This document shows, in pieces, positions 36,201 to 45,858 of a DNA stretch of 54,077 nucleotides (the stretch's first letter is position 1; each line of letters starts with the position of its first letter). Made by a program: the position numbers and the translations under genes. The notes under the pieces are model-generated. The model worked only from the letters and a program-made list of their open reading frames with translations, had not been told where the DNA came from and ran no database searches. The stretch spans positions 1-54,077 of the forward strand of contig JAFVEF010000033.1 of NCBI GenBank assembly GCA_017478105.1, in the 5' to 3' direction. The stretch comes from Bacilli bacterium. GTDB lineage: Bacteria > Bacillota_I > Bacilli_A > RF39 > UBA660.

Positions 36201-36985
36201 ACTCAAGTGAAGCTGCTGAAAGTATTGTTAAGATGTCATTAGAAGGTATTGAAGTAGCTGCAAGAATAACTGGTACAGGTGTTGAGAGAATTGCAGTTGC
36301 ATTACTTGCTATGGCAAAGCAAAAACAAATGACTAAAGGTAAAACAAACTTGAATAATATGTTAAAGTCTGGGAAACCTTTACAAATTTTTTCATTAAAG
36401 CAGGAAGAACTAAAAAAGTTTCATGATGAATCAAAAAAGTATGGAATATTATATACTGCTTTAATTGATAAAAAACATCCTGATACTGATGGACTTGTTG
36501 ATATTATGGTAAGACAACAAGATGCTATCAGAGTTAATCATATCTTTGATAGATTTAAATTATCAGCCGTTAATCTTGCAGACATTAGAACTGAAGTAGA
36601 AAAAGATAAAATGGAAGAAATGTTACAAGATGCAAAAGAACGAGGTGTTGAAATTAAGTCCAATGAAGAAAAACTTGTTGATGACATTATGTCTAAACCT
36701 ATTCAAAAGGAGCAACAAGAAATGTCAAACCCCCAAGTGGCAAAGACAGAAAAAAACCCTCTGTCCGAGCCTTCATCAGAGAACAAAAACAAATCAGGGG
36801 TGGCTTCTAAAGAACAAAGACCTTCTGTTCGTGAAACTCTAAAAGAGATAAAGAAAGAGTTAAAAGAAAAAGAAGCAAGTAAAGACGAAAAACAAGAAGT
36901 TAAAGAAGGAAAAAGTTTAAATGTTGATAAAGATAAAAACATGATAAAACCTTCTAACAAAAATAAGAAAGGAAAGGAAAGATAA
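36197..36985 (+). CDS. PcfB/DUF3801 family protein with a Lys/Glu-rich tail
   Basis: TKGKTNLNNMLKSGKPLQIFSL...L..F...SKKYGILY pattern of DUF3801. Follows the relaxase gene as in pCF10-type systems. Confidence 0.65.
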   Translation: MNSSEAAESIVKMSLEGIEVAARITGTGVERIAVALLAMAKQKQMTKGKTNLNNMLKSGKPLQIFSLKQEELKKFHDESKKYGILYTALIDKKHPDTDGLVDIMVRQQDAIRVNHIFDRFKLSAVNLADIRTEVEKDKMEEMLQDAKERGVEIKSNEEKLVDDIMSKPIQKEQQEMSNPQVAKTEKNPLSEPSSENKNKSGVASKEQRPSVRETLKEIKKELKEKEASKDEKQEVKEGKSLNVDKDKNMIKPSNKNKKGKER

Positions 36986-36986
36986 G

Positions 36987-37844
36987 ATGATAGATGAAAT
37001 TATTACGAAAGCCAACACAAAAGATGGTTATGATAAAGAAGCATATAAACAACGAAAAAAAGAACAAAAAGAAAAAGCATATCAAATAATTGATGATGCA
37101 CTTTCTGAATTGAAAGGTAACCCAGATGCTTTGAAGAAATATTTAGATATTCAAAGTAGATTTGATATGTACACACCTAGAAATGCTTTACTAATTGAAA
37201 AACAATGTCCTACTGCTACACAGTTAAAAACTAGAAAGGATTGGATGGAATTAAAAATATCATTTAAAAATCCTTCTCAACAAATTATCACTATACTAGA
37301 ACCAGGCGATCCTTATGAAGTTGATGGTAAAAGTTTTACTCCATATAATGCAAAGGATATGATTGATGTTCAAGAAACTAATACAAAACCTTTTACAAGA
37401 ACTTTTGATAAAAGATATGTATTACAAGCAATGCTACATGATTGTCCTATTGATGTTAAAGTAGTTGATAGTTTAGATAGTGGTAAACTATGCGAGTGTA
37501 ATATTGATGATAAAGTATTATATGTTAGTAGAAGTGATGTTAATGAAGAATATATTAAAGCAGTTGCAACCGAAATAGCTAAAATGAATTTATTTGAAAT
37601 GACAAATGAGTTAGATAATGACAAAGCAGATTGTATTGGTTATATGGTATGCAAAAAATATGGAATTGATTCTCCAGTTGAAAGTTTAGATAGATTAAGT
37701 TCTAAATATTCTAATATGGAAAAGCAAGACATTGCAAAAGATTTAACTTCTATGAAAGAAGTTGCTCAAGATATGAATAGTCGCATGGGACAGTATCTTG
37801 ATGATAAAAGAAAAGAGTTAAAAAATAAGGAACAAGCGAGGTAA
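36987..37844 (+). CDS. ArdC-N-like ssDNA-binding / antirestriction-like protein (tentative)
   Basis: YTPRNALLIEKQCPTATQLKTRKDWMELK resembles the ArdC N-terminal domain. No HExxH protease motif was seen. Confidence 0.4.
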   Translation: MIDEIITKANTKDGYDKEAYKQRKKEQKEKAYQIIDDALSELKGNPDALKKYLDIQSRFDMYTPRNALLIEKQCPTATQLKTRKDWMELKISFKNPSQQIITILEPGDPYEVDGKSFTPYNAKDMIDVQETNTKPFTRTFDKRYVLQAMLHDCPIDVKVVDSLDSGKLCECNIDDKVLYVSRSDVNEEYIKAVATEIAKMNLFEMTNELDNDKADCIGYMVCKKYGIDSPVESLDRLSSKYSNMEKQDIAKDLTSMKEVAQDMNSRMGQYLDDKRKELKNKEQAR

Positions 37845-37848
37845 TCAA

Positions 37849-38187
37849 ATGAAAGATAAAATAAGATTTGATTTAACCGATAGCGAAAGAACTATAATTA
37901 TTAAATCACTAAATATGTTAAGAAATTATTTATCAGCACAAGAAAGATCAACAGATTCTGTTGATGAAATAATTTTAAAAGTTAGTGATAATCATAAGGT
38001 AGAATTAGATACCTTTGATTCAAAGATAATTATAAATGCTCTAAATACCATGAGATATAAATTAAAAAATGATAATCAGCCTAGAAACGAAGTCAATGAT
38101 ATATTGCTTAAAATGATTGATGAAACTGATAGTAAAAAAAAACTAATTTTAAGGAAGACAACGAGAGGTAATGGTAGAAGATTCTAA
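37849..38187 (+). CDS. Small hypothetical protein with an internal duplication
   Basis: Two similar halves (IIIKSLNMLRNYL....VDEIILKV and IIINALNTMRYKL....VNDILLKM). Confidence 0.5.
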   Translation: MKDKIRFDLTDSERTIIIKSLNMLRNYLSAQERSTDSVDEIILKVSDNHKVELDTFDSKIIINALNTMRYKLKNDNQPRNEVNDILLKMIDETDSKKKLILRKTTRGNGRRF

Positions 38188-39997
38188 AAAACAAAAAATC
38201 ATATTAAGTATATTCGGAATTATACCTGTAATATGGCTAGCTCTTTTAATCGCCCCTCATATAGATGGTGGACTCGCAGAAATAATAAAGAATTTTAGTA
38301 AGGCATTAAATAACCCATTTAGTATTAAAATATGCGATAACACAATTAAAACTGTGTTTTTTTTATTGCTTGCTTATGGATTAGCAATAGGAATATATTT
38401 CTCTACTAGAAAGAATTATCGTAGAAATGAAGAATATGGTAGTGCTAAATGGGGAAATGCTATTAGTATTAATAAGAAATATGAACAGAAAAATAGTAAT
38501 AACAATAAGATACTAACTCAAAATGTTAAAATTGGTTTAGATGGAAGAAAACACCGAAGAAATCTTAATCTTCTCATTTGTGGTGGCTCTGGTGCAGGCA
38601 AAACAAGATTCTTTGCAAAACCTAATGTTATGCAATGTAATTCTTCAATGGTAATCCTAGATCCTAAAGGCGAAATTGTTAGAGATACTGGCGAACTTTT
38701 AGAGAAAAAAGGATATTCAGTCAAAGTATTAGATTTAATTAATATGGATAAAAGTCATTGTTATAATCCATTTGTATATTTAAAAAATGATAATGATGTT
38801 CAAAAATTAGTTACTAACCTCTTTAAATCTACTACTCCAAAAGGTAGTCAAAGCAATGATCCATTTTGGGATACTGCCGCATCAATGCTTTTATTAAGTT
38901 TAATATTCTATCTTTGGTATGAAGCACCAGAAGAAGAACAAAACTTTACTATGGTTATGGAAATGCTACGAGCAGGAGATGTTAAAGAAGATGATGATTT
39001 ATATATGAGTCCTCTTGATATATTATTTGAAAGATTAGAAATAAATAATCCAGAGCATATTGCTTTAAAGTATTATAGAGATTATCATAGTGGCTCTGCT
39101 AAAACATTAAAATCTATTCAAATAACATTAGCATCTCGATTAGAAAAGTTTAATTTAGAGAGTTTATCAATGCTAACTATGACTGATGAATTAGAGTTAG
39201 ATACATTAGGCGAAAAGAAAACTGCTCTTTTTGCTCTAATTCCTGATAATGATACATCATTCAATTTTATAGTTAGTATTTTATATACTCAATTATTTCA
39301 ACAACTATTTTATACTGCCGACCACAAATATGGTGGAAGATTACCTGTTCATGTTCACTTTATTATGGACGAGTTCGCTAATGTAAGTTTACCTGATGAT
39401 TTTGACAAAATATTATCAGTTATGAGGTCAAGAGAAGTATCAGTATCAATTATTTTACAAAACCTAGCACAATTAAAAGCATTGTTTGAAAAACAATGGG
39501 AGTCTATTGTTGGTAACTGTGATTCATTTTTATATTTAGGTGGTAATGAACAATCCACTCATAAGTATGTAAGTGAACTCATTGGTAAAGAAAATTTGGA
39601 TTTGAATACCTATGGTAAGAGTCATGGTAGAAATGGGAGCTATTCAACAAATTATCAACAAACTGGTAGAGATTTGCTTACTCCTGACGAAGTTAGAATG
39701 TTAGATAATAAATATGCTATTTTATTTATTCGTGGGGAAAGACCTATAAAAGATTTAAAATATGATATTTTAAAGCATCCTAATGTTGCACAAACTACTG
39801 ATGGAAGTGCAAAACCTTATGAACATGGAAAGACAAATAATTCTGTTGGAACTATATCTATTGATTATAATTTGCAAAATTACAATGAATTTATATCTAT
39901 GGAAAATATAGATGAAGATTATGACATCATATCTAGTGAAGATATGGATAATTATTTAGAAGAAAGGAAAGGTAAAAATGAGAAAAGAGAAAATTGA
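38171..39997 (+). CDS. virD4: Type IV coupling protein (VirD4/TraG family)
   Basis: Two N-terminal TM segments, Walker A GGSGAGKT, Walker B-like HFIMDEFAN. Confidence 0.9.
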   Translation: MVEDSKKQKIILSIFGIIPVIWLALLIAPHIDGGLAEIIKNFSKALNNPFSIKICDNTIKTVFFLLLAYGLAIGIYFSTRKNYRRNEEYGSAKWGNAISINKKYEQKNSNNNKILTQNVKIGLDGRKHRRNLNLLICGGSGAGKTRFFAKPNVMQCNSSMVILDPKGEIVRDTGELLEKKGYSVKVLDLINMDKSHCYNPFVYLKNDNDVQKLVTNLFKSTTPKGSQSNDPFWDTAASMLLLSLIFYLWYEAPEEEQNFTMVMEMLRAGDVKEDDDLYMSPLDILFERLEINNPEHIALKYYRDYHSGSAKTLKSIQITLASRLEKFNLESLSMLTMTDELELDTLGEKKTALFALIPDNDTSFNFIVSILYTQLFQQLFYTADHKYGGRLPVHVHFIMDEFANVSLPDDFDKILSVMRSREVSVSIILQNLAQLKALFEKQWESIVGNCDSFLYLGGNEQSTHKYVSELIGKENLDLNTYGKSHGRNGSYSTNYQQTGRDLLTPDEVRMLDNKYAILFIRGERPIKDLKYDILKHPNVAQTTDGSAKPYEHGKTNNSVGTISIDYNLQNYNEFISMENIDEDYDIISSEDMDNYLEERKGKNEKREN

Positions 39998-40304
39998 AAA
40001 AAGATTAAAGAAAGGATTTAAAATCTATACACTAGCATTAGTTGGAATTGGAATATTATCTATTCTTACTCCTACTGTGTTTGCAGCTGGAGATGATCCA
40101 ATTAGTGTTGTTAATAATTTGTCAGATTTTATATTCCAATTAACAAAGGTAATTGGTGGAATTATTGTAGGATATGCAATAGTTCAAATTGGATTATCAT
40201 TTACAAGCCATGATGCTTCACAAAGAGCAAATGGCTTTTTATTTTTTGCAGGTGGTGTAATCATCATGTGTGCTAAAACTATTCTAAAACTAATTGCAGG
40301 TTAA
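39978..40304 (+). CDS. Maff2-family small membrane protein (possible VirB2-like component)
   Basis: About 108 aa with a signal/TM segment ending FAAGDDP, a second TM segment, and a position between virD4 and the VirB6-like gene. Confidence 0.6.
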   Translation: MRKEKIEKRLKKGFKIYTLALVGIGILSILTPTVFAAGDDPISVVNNLSDFIFQLTKVIGGIIVGYAIVQIGLSFTSHDASQRANGFLFFAGGVIIMCAKTILKLIAG

Positions 40305-40361
40305 TCAAAGTTAAGGGTGGAGTCATGCTCCTCCCTGTCGCTTTATTAAGGAGGTGGAACA

Positions 40362-41210
40362 ATGTTTGTATTAGCCAAAGCAAATTGGGTAACTCAAAAT
40401 CTTGAAAATGCACTTGATACTTGGAATAACAAATTAGCAGAAATATGGCAGTTAATAACACAATCTCCTGAAACATTTAAAGGTGGAACAATATGGCAAG
40501 TAATATTAAAAATTAATGGTGCAGTTCAAGCGATTGCACTTGCATTATTAGTATTATTTTTTGTTGTAGGTGTTATTAAGACTTGTGGTTCATTTACTGA
40601 AGTTAAGAAACCTGAACACGCTTTAAAATTATTTGTAAGATTTGCTATTGCAAAAGGTGTTGTAACCTATGGACTAGAACTTATGCTATCAATATTTAAG
40701 ATAGTACAAGGTTTAATGTCCACGATTATGACCACATCTGGAATTGGTGGTGCTACAAAAACTGTCTTACCAGATGCAATAGTAAAAGCAATAGATAGTT
40801 GCGGTTTCTTTGAATCAATACCACTTTGGGCAGTAACCTTAATTGGTGGATTATTCGTAACAGTATTATCTTTCATAATGATATTAACAGTATATGGAAG
40901 ATTTTTTAAATTGTATTTATATACAGCAATTGCACCTATACCTCTATCCACATTTGCAGGAGAGCCAACACAACAAGTTGGAAAAAGTTTTTTGAAATCT
41001 TTTTCGGCAGTATGTTTAGAGGGTGCAATTATAGTTTTATCGTGCATAATATTTTCACTCTTTGCAAGCACACCACCTGTTGTTGATACAGATGCTGCTG
41101 CAGTAACACAAGTTTGGAAATATATTGGCGAGTTAATATTTAATATGTTAGTTCTAGTAGGAACGATTAAAATGTCCGATCGTGTCGTTAGAGAAATGAT
41201 GGGATTATAA
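40362..41210 (+). CDS. Polytopic membrane protein, VirB6/TrbL-like (CD1112-type)
   Basis: Five or more hydrophobic segments, AAGGAGG RBS, position within the T4SS operon. Confidence 0.65.
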   Translation: MFVLAKANWVTQNLENALDTWNNKLAEIWQLITQSPETFKGGTIWQVILKINGAVQAIALALLVLFFVVGVIKTCGSFTEVKKPEHALKLFVRFAIAKGVVTYGLELMLSIFKIVQGLMSTIMTTSGIGGATKTVLPDAIVKAIDSCGFFESIPLWAVTLIGGLFVTVLSFIMILTVYGRFFKLYLYTAIAPIPLSTFAGEPTQQVGKSFLKSFSAVCLEGAIIVLSCIIFSLFASTPPVVDTDAAAVTQVWKYIGELIFNMLVLVGTIKMSDRVVREMMGL

Positions 41211-41230
41211 AGGAAAGGAATGATTAAATT

Positions 41231-42040
41231 ATGGAAAAAGAAAAAATTAATAAATTAAAGAGAGATTTAAAAAAGAAATTAAATGAATATATGGAAAAGA
41301 AAAACTGCACATTGCAGTTTATATTGTCAAAAGACAATAAAGTTAGCGATATTATTTATGCTAATTTATATGGCGAGTTAGTTTTAAGTGTTGATCCTGA
41401 AAGTTTTGAAATAACAAAATTAGAAAAAACTACATCAGTATTAGATGATATTTTATTTTTAAGAATGAATGAAGATAAACAAATTGAATTTATAGCTGAT
41501 GAAGCACATGATTATTTATGGTATATTATTGAAACCTACTATACTGACTATAATATGCATGAACTTGATGTTCCAAATAAAAAAAGTATGTTGAAATATT
41601 TAAAATATTGTAAGGATAATAATATTACTGATTTTTATATAGATAAAAAGTTCAAAAGTAATCCAGAAGATTTACTTGAATTTTATGACAATGTTCATGA
41701 TAATTTTAAACTTGGAGAGTTTACTGTAACCATGTCTAGAGATGTTTTTGATAGAAGAAATGAGAGATGTTATCTAGCATTTAGTTTGGGATGCAGTATA
41801 ATGCATAAAATGATTAAAGAATATATGCATGGTAATTATGATATTGTTTTTGATTTTTGCTATATAATAGCCGATGAATTTCAAAATAGTGATTATTATA
41901 CTAATGATTTAAGGATACAATATGATAAATTAATAGAATATTATAATGATAATAAAGAAAAAATAAAAAAACAATATATTGAATTTTTAGGAACAACAGT
42001 TTCGCCTCTTGTTTGTGAATCAGCATTTTTAAAGAGGTAA
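41231..42040 (+). CDS. Hypothetical cytoplasmic protein (insert within the T4SS operon)
   Basis: 269-aa ORF with coding-like composition. No motif recognised. Confidence 0.5.
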   Translation: MEKEKINKLKRDLKKKLNEYMEKKNCTLQFILSKDNKVSDIIYANLYGELVLSVDPESFEITKLEKTTSVLDDILFLRMNEDKQIEFIADEAHDYLWYIIETYYTDYNMHELDVPNKKSMLKYLKYCKDNNITDFYIDKKFKSNPEDLLEFYDNVHDNFKLGEFTVTMSRDVFDRRNERCYLAFSLGCSIMHKMIKEYMHGNYDIVFDFCYIIADEFQNSDYYTNDLRIQYDKLIEYYNDNKEKIKKQYIEFLGTTVSPLVCESAFLKR

Positions 42041-42045
42041 TTATT

Positions 42046-42897
42046 ATGTATAAAGATACATTTGAATTTTGTACTAAAGGCGAAATTAAAAACCTATTAT
42101 TAAGTGGCGAAAAGTTAGTTTATGCTGATAATGGTATTGATGAATTTGTAGTTAGATACAATGACTTACCTGATTTTATTGTTGATATGAGCAGAAGTAT
42201 GGGAAATCGTTGTGAACTAAAAGTATATAAGTATCCTGCTGAATCTATGACACCAATATTAACTACAATTGGTGAATTTTTAGATAGATGTGATCATGAT
42301 GTTAGAGCAGATATTATTGATAGACTTGTTGCAGTTCAAACAGAAGTTGATACTAAAAGTTATAGAATTATCAATGAATATGATTTAGAGGTTGTTAAAG
42401 AAGATATTGATAAAAATATATCAGTAAAAATATTAAATCTCTGGTTATCAGATTATGGCGATATAAGGTGTAATGCTTCTATATCAGTAAATGGTAAAGA
42501 AAAAGCAAACATTATAACAAGTTTTGAAAGAGATTATTATCCAGATTGGAAAAACTCACAAAATGATTATAAAGAGGAAATAAAAGATGAATGGGAAAAA
42601 TATTTACATTTACCTAAAATATCGAAATGTTCAAAACTAATGCAAGAAATATATGATAATGTATGCGAATCAGAAGCAACAATGTGTCATATTACTAATG
42701 ACGATTGGAAAGAACTTTATGCCGATAGATTTACCAACAAAGATATTACTAAACTAAAAGAAGAAGTAAAAAAATATAAGTTAGATGATGTTATTACCTT
42801 TGATGACCGAGAGTATAAAATTATTGGCTGGGGTAATTTAGAAACATCTTTTAATGATGATAGAAAACTTGAAAGAAATAAAGAAATGGAAAGGTAG
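42046..42897 (+). CDS. Hypothetical cytoplasmic protein (insert within the T4SS operon)
   Basis: 283-aa ORF. No motif recognised. Confidence 0.5.
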   Translation: MYKDTFEFCTKGEIKNLLLSGEKLVYADNGIDEFVVRYNDLPDFIVDMSRSMGNRCELKVYKYPAESMTPILTTIGEFLDRCDHDVRADIIDRLVAVQTEVDTKSYRIINEYDLEVVKEDIDKNISVKILNLWLSDYGDIRCNASISVNGKEKANIITSFERDYYPDWKNSQNDYKEEIKDEWEKYLHLPKISKCSKLMQEIYDNVCESEATMCHITNDDWKELYADRFTNKDITKLKEEVKKYKLDDVITFDDREYKIIGWGNLETSFNDDRKLERNKEMER

Positions 42898-43183
42898 TGA
42901 TATTTTGAAAGATTATAATAATGTTAAGACTAATCCTGATATTGAGATGGGAACTATATTTCAATTTGGCAGATATATATGTGAAGTTGATGATTTTAAT
43001 TATGATAATCCCAACGAATCAATAGTATTCATTTATAAATCAAAAAAGGATTATGAACAAGGCAATTATTTAGAACAAGTATCTTTGCTAAATAAAAATA
43101 TTAAGCAGAATATTGAAGAATATATGAAAGATATTTACGAAGTAAAGATACAAAATAAAAACTCTGAAAGGAGTGAAAGATAA
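42854..43183 (+). CDS. Small hypothetical protein; start uncertain (possibly TTG at about 42905)
   Basis: The ORF overlaps the upstream gene end. No motif recognised. Confidence 0.4.
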   Translation: MMIENLKEIKKWKGSDILKDYNNVKTNPDIEMGTIFQFGRYICEVDDFNYDNPNESIVFIYKSKKDYEQGNYLEQVSLLNKNIKQNIEEYMKDIYEVKIQNKNSERSER

Positions 43184-43545
43184 TGGAAGTTAAAATAAAT
43201 CGTGAGATTAGAAATTATACCGAGAGTGTATTCTTTGGACTGTCTTTAAGACAGTTCATTTTTTCTCTCTTGGCATGTGGAATGGCAGTAGGTTTATATT
43301 TCTTAACAAGTGATTATTTTAATAAAGAAATAGTTTCTTGGATTTGTATTTTAGGTGCTTTACCTTTTGCAGGACTTGGCTTTTTTAAATACAATGGTAT
43401 GCCATTAGAGGAGTTTATAAAAGCCTTTTTAGTGTCAGAGGTATTAACACCTAGAGAGTTAAAGTTTGAGTCAGAAAACATCTATTATGAGGCGATAAAG
43501 CCTTATTTAGATAACAAAGAAAAGGAGGAATTAAAAAGAAAATGA
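43183..43545 (+). CDS. PrgI-family (VirB3-like) membrane protein
   Basis: About 120 aa with two adjacent TM segments. Located immediately upstream of virB4 and overlapping it. Confidence 0.7.
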   Translation: MEVKINREIRNYTESVFFGLSLRQFIFSLLACGMAVGLYFLTSDYFNKEIVSWICILGALPFAGLGFFKYNGMPLEEFIKAFLVSEVLTPRELKFESENIYYEAIKPYLDNKEKEELKRK

Positions 43546-45857
43546 TAAAAGCATTAAAATTATTAGAAAAACAAGAAAAGGAAGATTTTGGTATTCCTAA
43601 AAATATTCAACAAGTAATACCAATTCAAAGAATATGGAAAAATGGTATTTTTCTAGTTGGTAAAAATAAGTATGCACTAACTTATAAGTTTACTGATATA
43701 AATTATGCAGTTGCTTCAAAAGAAGATAAAGAGTCAATGTTTTTAGATTATTCAGAACTATTAAACTCTTTCGACAGTGGTGCTACTACAAAAATAACTG
43801 TTGCATTAAGAAGAATTAATAAAAAAGATTTTGAAAAAGAAATATTATTACCATTTAAAAATGATGGATTAGACATTTATAGACAAGAATATAACCAAAT
43901 GTTACTTGATAAAGCAATTGGTAGTAATGGTATGGTAAGAGAAATATATCTTACTGTATCAGTTGTTAAAAAGAACTATGAAGAAGCAAAAAGTTATTTT
44001 AGAAGAATAAGTAATGATATTATATCTCATCTAGCAAAACTAGGTAGTAAATGTGTAGAACTAGATGCAAGAGAAAAATTAAGAATACTACACGACTTTT
44101 ATAGAATTGGCGAAGAAGTAAACTATAATTTAGATTTAAAAGAATTAATGAAAAGAGGAAATAGTTTTAAAGATTATATTTGTCCAGATGGCTTTTCATT
44201 TAAAGCAGATTATTTTGAAATGGGTAAAAAGTTTGGCAGAGTATTATTCTTAAAAGACTATGCAAGTTATATCAAAGATAGTTTTATCGCAGAATTAACT
44301 GATATGAATCAAAATATGATGATGAGTATTGATGTAATACCAATTCCTACTGATGAAGCAGTTAGAGAGGTAGAAAATAGATTATTGGGTGTTGAAACAA
44401 ATATTACTAATTGGCAAAGAAAACAAAATGCTAATAATAACTTTTCTGCAGTTATTCCTTACGATATGGAACAACAAAGAAAAGAAAGTAAAGAGTTTTT
44501 AGATGATTTAACAACAAGAGATCAAAGAATGATGTTTGCTAATTTAACACTTGTTATTACTGCAGATACCAAAGAACAATTAGAAGCTGATACAGAAACT
44601 GTATTAATAACCGCTAGAAAACATTTATGTCAAATTGTTCCATTAAAATATCAACAATTAAATGGTTTAAATACTGCACTTCCTATTGGTGTTAGAAAGA
44701 TAAAGAATTTAAGAACATTAACTACTGAAAGTTTAGCAGTATTAAATCCATTTAGAGTTCAAGAAATATTTGATAAAGGTGGTATTTATTATGGCGAAAA
44801 TGCAATTAGTCATAATTTAATAATGGTTAATAAAGCAAATCTTTTAAATCAATCATCATTTTTATTGGGAGTACCTGGTAGTGGTAAATCATTTAGTGCA
44901 AAAGAATTAATTGTCTTTTTATCATTATCTACTGATGATGATATATTGATATGTGATCCTGAAGGTGAATATTCTGCTCTTGTAAAAGCAATGGGTGGCG
45001 AGGTAATAGGAATAAGTGCAAATAGTAAAGACCATATTAATGCTATGGATATGACAGAGGGATATGGTGATGGTGCTAATCCTGTTGTAGATAAATCAGA
45101 GTTTGTTTTATCATTATTTGAACAATTAGATAAAAAAGGACTTGGATCAAAAGAAAAATCTATTATTGATAGATGTACTGCTCTTGTATATGATGACTAT
45201 AATAAAACTGGTGTTGTTCCTACTCTAATGTCATTAAGAAAAAAATTAGAAGAACAACCTGAACGAGAAGCACATGAGCTATCTTTATCATTAGAATTAT
45301 TTACTAATGGCTCTTTAAATGTATTCTCACATGAAACTAATGTTAATACAAATAGTAGAATTATATCTTATGATATTTATAAACTTGGTAAACAATTAAA
45401 AACAATGGGATTATTAGTAATAACTGATGCTATGATAAATCGTGTATCAGAGAATTATAAGAAAGGTAAAAGAACACATATTTTTATAGATGAAATTCAT
45501 GTATTATTTGAAAATGAATATTCAGCAACTTTCTTTAATTCTGCTTGGAGGCAATTTAGAAAGAGAAATGCATATCCGACAGCTATTACCCAAAATGTAG
45601 AATACCTTTTATCAAGTGTAGATGCTTCTACTATGCTATCTAATAGTGAGTTTATTGTTATGTTAAATCAAGCAACTACAGATAGAAAAGAACTTGCTAA
45701 ATTATTAAATATATCAGATGAACAATTGAGTTATATTACAAATGCTGATGCAGGTTGTGGACTTATTCGTTATGGTAGTTCACTTGTACCATTTATAAAC
45801 AAGTTCCCAGTTAATACTAATTTATATAAACTCATGACAACAAAGCCAGGAGAATAA
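43542..45857 (+). CDS. virB4: VirB4-family conjugative ATPase
   Basis: Walker A GVPGSGKSF, Walker B IFIDEIHVLF, length 771 aa. Confidence 0.9.
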   Translation: MIKALKLLEKQEKEDFGIPKNIQQVIPIQRIWKNGIFLVGKNKYALTYKFTDINYAVASKEDKESMFLDYSELLNSFDSGATTKITVALRRINKKDFEKEILLPFKNDGLDIYRQEYNQMLLDKAIGSNGMVREIYLTVSVVKKNYEEAKSYFRRISNDIISHLAKLGSKCVELDAREKLRILHDFYRIGEEVNYNLDLKELMKRGNSFKDYICPDGFSFKADYFEMGKKFGRVLFLKDYASYIKDSFIAELTDMNQNMMMSIDVIPIPTDEAVREVENRLLGVETNITNWQRKQNANNNFSAVIPYDMEQQRKESKEFLDDLTTRDQRMMFANLTLVITADTKEQLEADTETVLITARKHLCQIVPLKYQQLNGLNTALPIGVRKIKNLRTLTTESLAVLNPFRVQEIFDKGGIYYGENAISHNLIMVNKANLLNQSSFLLGVPGSGKSFSAKELIVFLSLSTDDDILICDPEGEYSALVKAMGGEVIGISANSKDHINAMDMTEGYGDGANPVVDKSEFVLSLFEQLDKKGLGSKEKSIIDRCTALVYDDYNKTGVVPTLMSLRKKLEEQPEREAHELSLSLELFTNGSLNVFSHETNVNTNSRIISYDIYKLGKQLKTMGLLVITDAMINRVSENYKKGKRTHIFIDEIHVLFENEYSATFFNSAWRQFRKRNAYPTAITQNVEYLLSSVDASTMLSNSEFIVMLNQATTDRKELAKLLNISDEQLSYITNADAGCGLIRYGSSLVPFINKFPVNTNLYKLMTTKPGE

Positions 45858-45858
45858 T

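Noticed and set aside
40667-41071. Antisense ORFs inside confident genes. Examples are 40667..41071 (134 aa), 27691..28050 (119 aa), 46953..47282, 3371..3688, 36703..36960 and the other minus-strand track entries inside + strand genes.
   Set aside because: None has a Shine-Dalgarno sequence or a recognisable motif. All lie antisense to genes with strong motif support, and all real genes in these blocks run on the + strand.
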